Source: the human T2T-CHM13v2.0 reference genome, Homo sapiens. From it: a DNA stretch of 64,000 nt. The notes under the pieces were generated by a model, which saw only the letters and a program-made list of their open reading frames with translations, did no database searches and was not told the DNA's origin. The stretch lies in assembly GCF_009914755.1 (NCBI RefSeq), contig NC_060933.1; one strand, given 5' to 3'. Below are positions 10,901 to 23,700 of this stretch, one piece after another. The position numbers were made by a program, and so were the translations under genes. The stretch's first letter is position 1; every line of letters starts with the position of its first letter.

Positions 10901-13900
10901 ATGGAATCAACTCGATTGCAGTGGAATGGAATGGAATGGAAAGGAATACATTGGAATCAACCCGAGTGGAATGGAATGGAAAGACTGGAATGGAGTGGAA
11001 TGGAATGGAATGCAATGGAATGGAGTGGAATGGAATCAACTTGATTGGAATGGAATGGAATGGAATGGAATAGAATGGAATCAACCCGACTGCAGGGGAA
11101 TGGAATGGAATGGAATGCAATGGAATGGATTCAACTTGAATGGAATGGAAAGAATGGAATCAACACGAGTGGAATGGCATGGAATGGAATGGAATGGAAT
11201 GGAATCAACCCGAGTACAGGGGAATGGAATGGAATGGAATGCAATGGAATGGAATCATCCGTAATGGAATGGAAAGGAATGGAATGGAATGGAATGGAAT
11301 GGAATGGAATGGAATGGAATGGAATCAACTCGATAGCAATCGAATGGAATGGAATGGAATTAACCCGAATAGAATGGAATGGAATGGAATGGAACGGAAC
11401 GGAACGGAATGGAATGGAATGGAATGGAATGGAACGGAAAGGAATGGAATGGAATGGAATGGAATGGAATGGAATCAACGCGAGTGCAGGGGAATGGAAT
11501 GGAATGGAATGCAATGGAATGGAATCTTCCGGAATGGAATGGAATGGAATGGAATGGAATGGAATGGAATGGAATAAACCCGAGTGCAATGGAATGGATT
11601 GGAATGGAATGGAATGGAATGGAACAACCCGAATGGAATGGAATGTAATGGAGACTAAGGGAGTTGAGTAGAATCAATCCGAATGTAATGGAATGGAATG
11701 GAACGGAATGGAATTGAATGGAATGGAATGGGATGCAATGGAATGGAATCAACCCGAGTGCAATGGAATGGAGAGGAATGGAATGGAATGGAATGGAAAC
11801 TACCCGAATGGAATGGAATGTAATGGAGTGTAAAGGAATTGAATAGAATCAATCCGAATGTAATGGAATGGAATGGAACGGAATGGAATGGAAGGGAATG
11901 GAATGGAATGGAATGGAATGGAATGCAATGGAATGGAATCAACCCGAGTGCAATCGAATGGAATCGAATGGAATGGAATGCAATGGAATGGATTCAACTT
12001 GAATGGAATGGAAAGAATGGAATGAACACGAGTGGAAGGGCATGGATTGGAATGCAATGGAATGGAATCAACCCGAGTACAGGGGAATGGAATGGAATGG
12101 AATGCAATGGAAAGGAATCATCCGTAATGGAATGGAAAGGAATGGAATGGAATGGAATGGAATGGAATGGAATGGAATCAACTCGATTGCAATCGAATGG
12201 AATGGAATGGAATTAACCCGAATAGAATGGAATGGAATGGAATGTAACGGAACGGAATGGAATGCAATGGAATGGAATGGAATGGAATCAACGCGAGTGC
12301 AGGGGAATGGAATGGAATGGAATGCAATGGAATGGAATCTTCCGGAATGGAATGGAATGGAATGGAATGGAATGAAATTCAATGGATTCAACTCGATTGC
12401 AATGGAATGGAATAGAATGGAATGGAATGGAATGGAATGGAATTAACCCGAATAGAATGGAATGGAATGGAATGGAATGGAACGGAATGGAACGGAATGG
12501 AATGGAATGGAATGGAATGGAATGGTATCGAATGGAATGGAATGGTACGGAATAGAATGGAATGGAACGAATTGTAATGGAATGGAATTGAACGGAATGG
12601 AATGGAATGGAATGGAATCAACGCGAGTGCAGGGGAATGTAATGGAACGGAATGCAATGGAATGGAATCATCCGGAATGGAATGGAATGTAATGGAATGG
12701 AATGGAATGGAATGGAATCAATCCGAGTGCAATGGAATGGAGTGGAATGGAATGGAATGGAATGGAACAACCCGAATGGAATGGAATGTAATGGAGAGTA
12801 AGGGAGTTGAATTGAATCAATCCGAATGTAATGGAATGGAATGCAAAGGAATGGAATGGAATGGAATGTAATGGAATGCAAAGGAATGGAATCAACCCGA
12901 GTGGAATGGCATGGAATGGAATGCAATGGAATGGAATGGAATGGAATCAACTCGAGTGGAAAGGATTGGAATGGAATGGAAAGGAATGGAATGAAATCAA
13001 CTCGAGTGGAATGGAATGGAATGGAATAGATTGGAATGGATTGCAACCGAATGAAATGGAATGGAATGGAATGGAATCAATCATTCCGAGTGGAATGGAA
13101 GGGAATGTAATAGAGTGGAAAGAAGGGAATGGAATCAACCCGATAGGAATGCAAGGCAATGGAATGGAATGGAAAGGAATGGAATGGAATCAACTCGATT
13201 GCAATGGAATGGAATGGAATGGAATGGAATGGAATCAACTCGATTGCAATGGAATGGAATGGAATGGAATGGAAAGGAATGGAATGGAATGAAATGGAAT
13301 GGAATGGAATGCAATGGTATGGAATCAACCCGAGTGCAATCGAATGGAATCGAATGGAATGGAATGCAATGGAATGGATTCAACTTGAATGGAATGGAAA
13401 GAATGGAATCAACACCAGTGGAATGGCATGGATTGGAATGGAATAGAATGGAATCAACCCGAGTACAGGGGAATGGAATGGAATGGAATGCTTTGGAATG
13501 GAATCATCCGTATTGGAATGGAAAGGAATGGAATGGAATGGAATGGAATGGATTGGAATGGAATGGAATCAACTCGATCGCAATCGAATGGAATGGAATG
13601 GAATTAACCCGAATAGAATGGAATGGAATGGAATGGAACGGAACGGAACAGAACGGATCGGAATGGAATGGAATGGAATGGAACGGAAAGGAATGGAACG
13701 GAATGGAATGGAATGGAATGGAATGGAATGGAATGGAATCAACGCGAGTGCAGGGGAATGGAATGTAATGGAATGTAATGGAATGGAATCTTCCGGAATG
13801 GAATGGAATGGAATGGAATCAACCCGAGTGCAATGGAATGGAGTGGAATGGAATGGAATGGAATGGAACAACCCGAATGGAATCGAATGTAATGGAGAGT

Positions 13901-16049
13901 AAGGGAGTTGAATAGAATCAATCCGAATGTAATGGAATGGAATGGAACGGAATGGAATTGAATGGAATGGAATGGAATGCAATGGAATGGAATCAACCCG
14001 AGTGCAATGGAATGGAGAGGAATGGAATGGAATGGAGTGGAAACTACCCGAATGGAATGGAATGTAATGGAGTGTAAGGGAATTGAATAGAATCAATCCG
14101 AATGTAATGGAATGGAATGGAACGGAATGGAATGGAATGGAATGGAATGGAATGGAATGGAATGCAATGGAATGGAATCAACCCGAGTGCAATCGAATGG
14201 AATCGAATGGAATGGAATGCAATGGAATGGATTCAACTTGAATGGAACGGAAAGAAGGGAATCAACACGAGTGGAATGGCATGGATTGGAATGGAATGGA
14301 ATGGAATCAACCCGAGTACAGAGGAATGGAATGGAATGGAATGCAATGGAATGGAATCATCCGTAATGGAATGGCAAGGAATGGAATGGAATGGAATGGA
14401 ATGGAATGGAATGGAATGGAATCAACTCGATTGCAATCGAATGGAATGGAATGGAATTAACCCGAATAGAATGGAATGGAATGGAATGGAACGGAATGGA
14501 ATGGAATGGAATGGAATGGAACGGAACGGAACGGAATGGAATGGAATGGAATGGAATGGAATGGAATCAATGCGAGTGCAGGGGAATGGAATGGAATGGA
14601 ATGCAATGTAATGGAATCTTCCGGAATGGAATGGAATGGAATGGAATGGAATGAAATGCAATGGATTCAACTCGATTGCAATGGAATGGAATAGAATGGA
14701 ATGGAATGGAACGGAATGGAATTAATCCGAATAGAATGGAATGGAATGGAATGGAACGGAATGGAACGGAATGGAATGGAATGGAATGGAATGGAATGGT
14801 ATGGAATGGAATGGAATGGTACGGAATAGAATGGGATGGAACGAATTGTAATGGAATGGAATTGAATGGAATGTAATGGAATCAACGCGAGTGCAGGGGA
14901 ATGTAATGGAACGGAATGCAATGGAATGGAATCATCCGGAATGGAATGGAATGGAATGGAATGGAATCAACCCGAGTGCAATGGAATGGAGTGGAATTGA
15001 ATGGAATGGAATGGAACAACCCGAATGGAATGGAATGTAATGGAGAGTAAGGGAGTTGAATAGAATAAATCCGAATGTAATGGAATGGAATGCAACGGAA
15101 TGGAATGGAACGGAATGCAATGGAATGGAATCAACCCGAGTACAATGGAATGGAATGGAATGGAATGCAATGGAATGGAATGGAATGGAATGGAATGCCT
15201 TCAAACGGAATGGAATGGAAAGGAATGGAATCAACACGAGTGGAATGGAAAGGAATGGAATGGAATGGAACGGAATGGAATGGAATGATACGGAATAGAA
15301 TGGAATGGAACGAAATGGAATGGAATGGAATGGAATGGAATGGAATGGAATGGAATGGAATGGAATGGAATCGTTCCGAGTGGAATAGGAGGGAATGTAT
15401 TCGAGTGGAATGGAAAGGATTGGAATCAACCAGAGTGGAATGGAAGGGAATGGAATGGAATGGAAACTAATAGAATGGAATGAACCCGAGTGGAATGGAA
15501 TGGAAAGGACTGGAAAGGAATGGAATGGAATGGAATGGAATTAACCCGAATACAATGGAATGGAATGGAATGGAACGGAATGGAGTGGAATGGAATGGAA
15601 TCAACCCGAGTGCAGGGGAATGGAATGGAATGGAATGGAATGGAATCATCCGGAATGGAATGGAATGGAATGGAATGCAAAGCAATGGAATCAACTCGAT
15701 TGCAATGGAATGGAATGGAATGGAAAGGAATACATTGGAATCAACCCGAGTGGAATGGAATGGAAAGGACTGGAATGGAGTGGAATGGAATGGAATGGAA
15801 TGGAATGGAATCAACTCGATTGGAATGGAATGGAATGGAATGGAATGGAATGGAATGGAATTAACCCGAATAGAATGGAATGGAATGGAAGGGAACGGAA
15901 CGGAATGGAATGGAATGGAATGGAATAGAATGGAATGGAATCAACCCGACTGCAGGGGAATGGAATTGAATGGAATGCAATGGAATGGATTCAACTTGAA
16001 TGGAATGGAAAGAATGGAATCAACAAGAGTGGAATGGCATGGATTGGAA

Positions 16050-19000
16050 TGGAATGGAATGGAATCAACCCGAGTACAGGGGAATGGAATGGAATGGAAT
16101 GCAATGGAATGGAATCATCCGTAATGGAATGGAAAGGAATGGAATGGAATGGAACGGAATGGAATGGAATGGAATGGAATGGAATCAACTCGATTGCAAT
16201 CGAATGGAATTGAATCGAATTAACCCGAATAGAATGGAATGGAATGGAATGGAACGGAACGGAACGGAACAGAATGGAATGGAATGGAATGGAATGGAAT
16301 GGAATGGAACGGAAAGGAATGGAATGGAATGGAATGGAATGGAATGGAATGGAATCAACGGGAGTGCAGGGGAATGGAATGGAATGGAATGCAATGGAGT
16401 GGAATCTTCCGGAATGGAATGGAATGGAATGGAATGGAATGGAATGGAATAAACCCGAGTGCAATGGAATGGAGTGGAATGGAATGGAATGGAATGGAAC
16501 AACCCGAATGGAATGGAATGTAATGGAGAGTAAGGGAGTTGAATAGAGTGAATCCGAATGTAATGGAATGGAATGGAATGGAATGGAATTGAATGGAATA
16601 GAATGGAATGCAATGGAATGGAATCAAACCGAGTGCAATGGAATGGAGAGGAATGGAATGGAATGGAATGGAAACTACCCGAATGGAATGGAATGTAATG
16701 GAGTGTAAGGGAATTGAATACAATCAATCCGAATGGAATGGAATGGAATGGAACGGAATGGAATGGAATGGAATGGAATGGAATGGAATGCAATGGAATG
16801 GAATCAACCCGAGTGCAATCGAATGGAATCGAATGGAATGGAATACAATGGAATGGATTCAACTTGAATGGAATGGAAAGAATGGAATCAACACGAGTGG
16901 AAGGGCATGGATTGGAATGCAATGGAATGGAATCAACCCGAGTACAGGGGAATGGAATGGAATGGAATGCAATAGAATGGAATCATCCGTAATGGAAGGG
17001 AAAGGAATGGAATTGAATGGAATGCAATGGAATGGAATGGAATCAACACGATTGCAATCGAATGGAATGGAATGGAATTAACCCAAATAGAATGGAATGG
17101 AATGGAATGAAACGGAATGGAATGGAATGGAATGGAATGGAATGGAATGGAATGGAATGGAACGGAACAGAAAGGAATGGAATGGAATAGAATGGAATGG
17201 AATGGAATGGAATCAACGCGAGTGCAGGGGAATGGCATGGATTGGAATGCAATGGAATGGAATCTTCCGGAATGGAATGGAATGGAATGGAATGAAATGC
17301 AATGGATTCAACTCGATTGCAATGGAATGGAATAGAATGGAATGGAATGGAATGGAATGGGATTAACCCGAATAGAATGCAATGGAATGGAATGGAACGG
17401 AGTGGAACGGAATGGAATGGAATGGAATGGAATGGAATGAAATGGAATGGTATGGAATGGAATGGTACGGAATAGAATGGAATGGAACGAATTGTAATGG
17501 AATGGAATTGAATGGAATAGAATGGAATGGAATGGAATCAACGCGAGTGCAGGGGAATGTAATGGAACGGAATGCAATGGAATGGAATCATCCGGAATGG
17601 AATGGAATGGAATGGAATGGAATGGAATCAACCCGAGTGCAATGGAATGGAGTGGAATGGAATGGAATGGAATGGAATGGAATGGAATGGAATGGAATCA
17701 ACGCGAGTGCAGGGGAATGGAATGGAATGGAATGCAATGGAATGGAATCTTCCGGAATGGAATCGAATGGAATGGAATGGAATGGAATGGAATGGAATCA
17801 ACCCGAGTGCAATGGAATGGAGTGGAATGGAATGGAATGGAATGGAACAACCCGAATGGAATGGAATGTAATGGAGACTAAGGGAGATGAATGGAATCAA
17901 TTAGAATGTAATGGAATGGAATGGAACGGAATGGAACTGAATGGAATGGAATGGAATGCAATGGAATGGAATCAACCCGAGTGCAATGGAATGGAGAGGA
18001 ATGGAATGGAATGGAATGGAAACTACCCGAATGGAATGGAATGTAATGGAGTGTAAGGGAATTGAATAGAATCAATCCGAATGTAATGGAATGGAATGAA
18101 ACGGAATGGAATGGAATGGAATCGAATGGAATGGAATGCAATGGAATGGATTCAACTTGAATGGAATGGAAAGAATGGAATCAACACGAGTGGAAGGGCA
18201 TGGATTGGAATGAAATGGAATGGAATCAACCCGAGTACAGGGGAATGGAATGGAATGGAATGCAATGGAATGGAATCATCCGTAATGGAATGGAAAGGAA
18301 TGGAATGGAATGGAATGGAATGGAATGGAATGGAATGGAATTAACCCGAATAGAATGGAATGGAATGGAATGGAACGGAATGGAACGGAATGGAATGGAA
18401 TGGAATGGAATGGAATGGAATGGTATGGAATGGAATGGAATGGTAGGGAATAGAATGGAATGGAACGAATTGTAATGGAATGGAATTGAATGGAATGGAA
18501 TGGAATGGAATGGAATCAACGCGAGTGCAGGGGAATGTAATGGAACGGAATGCAATGGAATGGAATCATCCGGAATGGAATGGAATGGAATGGAATGGAA
18601 TCAACCCGAGTGCAATGGAATGGAGTGGAATGGAATGGAATGGAATGGAACAACCCGAATGGAATGGAATGTAATGGAGAGTAAGGGAGTTGAATAGAAT
18701 CAATCGGAATGTAATGGAATGAAATGCAACGGAATCGAATGGAATGGAATGGAATGGAATGGAATGGAATGCAAAGGAATGGAATCAACCCGAGTGGAAT
18801 GGCATGGAATGGAATGCAATGGAATGGAAAGGAATGGAATCAACTCGAATGGAAAGGAATGGAATGGAATGGAAAGGAATGGAATGAAATCAACTCGAGT
18901 GGAATGGAATGGAATGGATTGGAATGGATTGCAATGGAATGAAATGGAATGGAATGGAATATAATCAATCATTCCGAGTGGAATGGAAGGGAATGTAATG

Positions 19001-20723
19001 GAGTGGAAAGAAGGGAATGGAATCAACCCGATTGGAATGCAAGGCAATGGAATGGAATGGAAAGGAATGGAATGGAATCAACTCGATTGCAATGGAATGG
19101 AATGGAATGGAATGGAATGGAATGGAATGGAATGGAATTAACCGGAATAGAATGGAATGCAATGGAATGGAACGGAATGGAATGGAATAGAAGTTAATGG
19201 AATCAACACGAGTGCAGGGGAATGGAATGGAATGGAATGCAATGGAATGGAATCATCCGAAATGGAATGGAATGGAATGGAATCAACTCCATTGCAATGG
19301 AATGGAATGGAATGGAATGGAATAGAATGGAATGGAATTAACCCGAATAGAATGGAATGCAATAGAATGGAATGGAACGGAACCGAATGGAGTGGAATGG
19401 AATGGAATGGAATCAACCTGAGTGCAGGGGAATGGAATGGAATGGAATGCAATGGAATGGAATCATCCGGAATGGAATGGAATGGAATGGAATGGAATCA
19501 AACCGAGTGCAATGGAATGGAGTGAAATGGAATGGAATGGAATGGAAACAACCAGAATGGATTGGAATATAATGGAGTGTAAGGGAATTGAATAGAATCA
19601 AAATGAATGTAATGAAATGGAATGGAACGGAATGGAATGGAATGGAATGGAATGGAATGGAATGGAATGGAATGGAATCAACCCGAGTGGAATGGCATGG
19701 AATGGAATGCAATGGAATGGAATGGAATGGAATGGAATGGTTCGGAATAGAATGGATTGGAACAAAATGGAATGGAATGGAATGGAATGGAATGGAATGG
19801 AATCAACTCGATTGTAATGGAATGGAAAGGAATGGAATGGAATGGAATTAACCTGAATACAATGGAATGGAATGGAATGGAACGGAATGGAGTGGAATGG
19901 AATGGAATCAACCCGAGTGCAGGGGAATGGAATGGAATGGAATGCAATGGAATGGAATCATCCGGAATGGAATGGAATGGAATGGAATGCAAAGCAATGG
20001 AATCAACTCGATTGCAATGGAATGGAATGGAATGGAAAGGAATACATTGGAATCAACCCGAGTGGAATGGAATGGAAAGGACTGGAATGGAGTGGAATGG
20101 AATGGAATGGAATCAACTCGATTGGAATGGAATGGAATGGAATGGAATGGAATTAACCCGAATAGAATGGAATGGAATGGAATGGAATGGAATCAACGCG
20201 AGTGCAGGGGAATGGAATGGAATGGAATGGAATGGAATGGAATCTTCTGGAATGGAATGGAATGAAATGGAATGGAATGAAAGGCAATGGATTCAACTCG
20301 ATTGCAATGGAATGGAATAGAATGGAAGGGAATGGAATGGAATGGAATGTAATTGAATGGAATGGAATGCCTTCAAACCGAATGGAATGGAAAGGAATGG
20401 AATCAACACGAGTGGAAAGGAATGGAATGGAAAGGAATGGAATGGAATGGAATGGTACCGAATAGAACGGAATGGAACGAACTGGAATGGAATGGAATGG
20501 ATTGGAATGGAATGGAATGGAATGGAATGGAATGGAATCGTTCCGAGTGGAATAGGAGGGAATGTATTCGAGTGGAATGGAAAGGAATGGAATCAACCAG
20601 AGTGGAATGGAAGGGAATGGAATGGAATGGAAACTAATAGAAGGGAATCAACCCGAGTGCAATGGAATGGAAAGGACTGGAATGGAATGGAATGGAATGG
20701 AATGGAATGGAATGGAATGGAAT
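16050..20723 (+). repeat. Shortened (~4.9-5.0 kb), more diverged variant of the 6.12-kb unit
   Basis: Colinear with 20.97-26.85 kb. The offset steps from ~4900 to 4967 to ~5210 to 6125 across three gaps: ~60 bp near 18.1 kb, ~240 bp near 19.79 kb and ~910 bp near 20.7 kb. Confidence 0.8.
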
Positions 20724-23700
20724 CAACACGATTGCAATCAAATGGAATGGAATGGAATTAACCCGAATAGAATGGAATGGAACGGAACGGAATGGAATGG
20801 AATGGAATGGAATGGAATGGAACGGAACGGAATGGAATGGAATGGAATGGAATGGAATGGAATGGAATGGAATCAACGCGAGTGCAGGGGAATGGAATGG
20901 AATGGAATGCAATGGAATGGAATCTTCCGGAATGGAATGGAATAGAATGGAATGGAATGGAATGGAATGGAATCAACCCGAGTACAGGGGAATGGAATGG
21001 AAGGTAATGCAATGGAAAGGAATCATCCGTATTGGAATGGAAAGGAATGGAATGGAATGGAATGGAATGGAATGGAATGGAATCAACTCGATTGCAATCG
21101 AATGGAATGGAATCGAATTAACCCGAATAGAATGGAATGGAATGGAATGGAACGGAACGGAACGGAACGGAATGGAATGGAATGGAATGGAATCGAATGG
21201 AATGGAACGGAAAGGAATGGAATGGAATGGAATGGAATGGAATGGAATGGAATGGAATGGAATCAACGCGAGTGCAGGGGAATGGAATGGAATGGAATGC
21301 AATGGAATGGAATATTCCGGAATGGAATGGAATGGAATGGAATGGAATGGAATGGAATAAACCCGAGTGCAATGGAATGGAGGGGAATGGAATGGAATGG
21401 AATGGAACAACCCGAATGGAATGGAATGTAATGGACAGTAAGGGAGTTGAATAGAGTCAATCCGAATGTAATGGAATGGAATGGAACGGAATGGAATTGA
21501 ATGGAATGGAATGGAATGCAATGGAATGGAATCAACCCGAGTGCAATGGAATGGAGAGGAATGGAATGGAATGGAATGGAAACTACCCGAATGGAATGGA
21601 ATGTAATGGAGTGTAAGGGATTGAATAGAATCAATCCGAATGTAATGGAATGGAATGGAACGGAATGGAATGGAATGGAATGGAATGGAATGGAATGGAA
21701 TGCAATGGAATGGAATCAACCCGAGTGCAATCGAATGGAATCGAATGGAATGGAATACAATGGAATGGATTCAACTTGAATGGAATGGAAAGAATGGAAT
21801 CAACACGAGTGGAAGGGCATGGATTGGAATGCAATGGAATGGAATCAACCCGAGTACAGGGGAATGGAATGGAATGGAATGCAATGGAATGGAATCATCC
21901 GTAATGGAATGGAAAGGAATGGAATGGAATGGAATGGAATGGAATGGAATGGAATGGAATCAACACGATTGCAATCGAATGGAATGGAATGGAATTAACC
22001 CAAATAGAATGGAATGGAAAGGAATGAAACGGAATGGAATGGAATGGAATGGAATGGAATGGAATGGAATGGAATGGAACGGAACAGAAAGGAATGGAAT
22101 GGAATGGAATGGAATGGAATGGAATCAACGCGAGTGCAGGGGAATGGCATGGATTGGAATGCAATGGAATGGAATCTTCCGGAATGGAATGGAATGGAAT
22201 GGAATGAAATGCAATGGATTCAACTCGATTGCAATGGAATGGAATAGAATGGAATGGAATGGAATGGAATGGGATTAACCCGAATAGAATGCAATGGAAT
22301 GGAATGGAACGGAGTGGAACGGAATGGAATGGAATGGAATGGAATGGAATGAAATGGAATGGTATGGAATGGAATGGTACGGAATAGAATGGAATGGAAC
22401 GAATTGTAATGGAATGGAATTGAATGGAATGGAATGGAATGGAATGGAATTAACGCGAGTGCAGGGGAATGTAATGGAACGGAATGCAATGGAATGGAAT
22501 CATCCGGAATGGAATGGAATGGAATGGAATGGAATGGAATCAACCCGAGTGCAATGGAATGGAGTGGAATGGAATGGAATGGAATGGAATGGAATGGAAT
22601 CAACGCGAGTGCAGGGGAATGGAATGGAATGGAATGCAATGGAATGGAATCTTCCGGAATGGAATGGAATGGAATGGAATGGAATGGAATAGAATCAACC
22701 GGAGTGCAATGGAATGGAGTGGAATGGAATGGAATGGAATGGAACAACCCGAATGGAATGGAATGTAATGGAGACTAAGGGAGATGAATAGAATCAATTA
22801 GAATGTAATGGAATGGAATGGAACGGAATGGAATTGAATGGAATGGAATGGAATGCAATGGAATGGAATCAACCCGAGTGCAATGGAATGGAGAGGAATG
22901 GAATGGAATGGAATGGAAACTACCCGAATGGAATGGAATGTAATGGAGTGTAAGGGAATTGAATAGAATCAATCCGAATGTAATGGAATGGAATGGAACG
23001 GAATGGAATGGAATGGAATGGAATGGAATGGAATGGAATGGAATGCAATGGAATGGAATCAACCCGAGTGCAATCGAATGGAATCGAATTGAATGGAATG
23101 CAATGGAATGGATTCAACTTGAATGGAATGGAAAGAATGGAATCAACACGAGTGGAAGGGCATGGATTGGAATGCAATGGAATGGAAACTACCCGAGTAC
23201 AGGGGAATGGAATGGAATGGAATGCAATGGAATGGAATCATCCGTAATGGAATGGAAAGGAATGGAATGGAATGGAATGGAATGGAATTAACCCGAATAG
23301 AATGGAATGGAATGGAATGGAACGGAATGGAACGGAATGGAATGGCATGGAATGGAATGCAATGGAATGGTATGGAATGGAATGGAATGGTAGGGAATAG
23401 AATGGAATGGAACGAATTGTAATGGAATGGAATGGAATGGAATGGAATGGAATGGAATGGAATGGAATGGAATCAACGCGAGTGCAGGGGAATGTAATGG
23501 AACGGAATGCAATGGAATGGAATCATCCGGAATGGAATGGAATGGAATGGAATGGAATGGAATGGAATCAACCCGAGTGCAATGGAATGGAGTGGAATGG
23601 AATGGAATGGAATGGAACAACCCGAATGGAATGGAATGTAATGGAGAGTAAGGGAGTTGAATAGAATCAATCGGAATGTAATGGAATGGAATGCAACGGA

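Larger units (their letters stand above)
1..11800 (+). repeat. ~7.29-7.30 kb higher-order duplication (1-7290 plus a partial second copy 7291-~11800)
   Basis: Identical ORF translations and rare words recur at +7290 to +7300: ORFs 660/7950, 799/8089, 1508/8803, 2178/9473, 3316/10616; private words GGAATCAACTCTATTGC (821/8111), GGAAAGACTGG (~3678/~10978) and GGGATGCAATG (~4435/~11730). Identity drops after ~11.8 kb. Confidence 0.9.
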
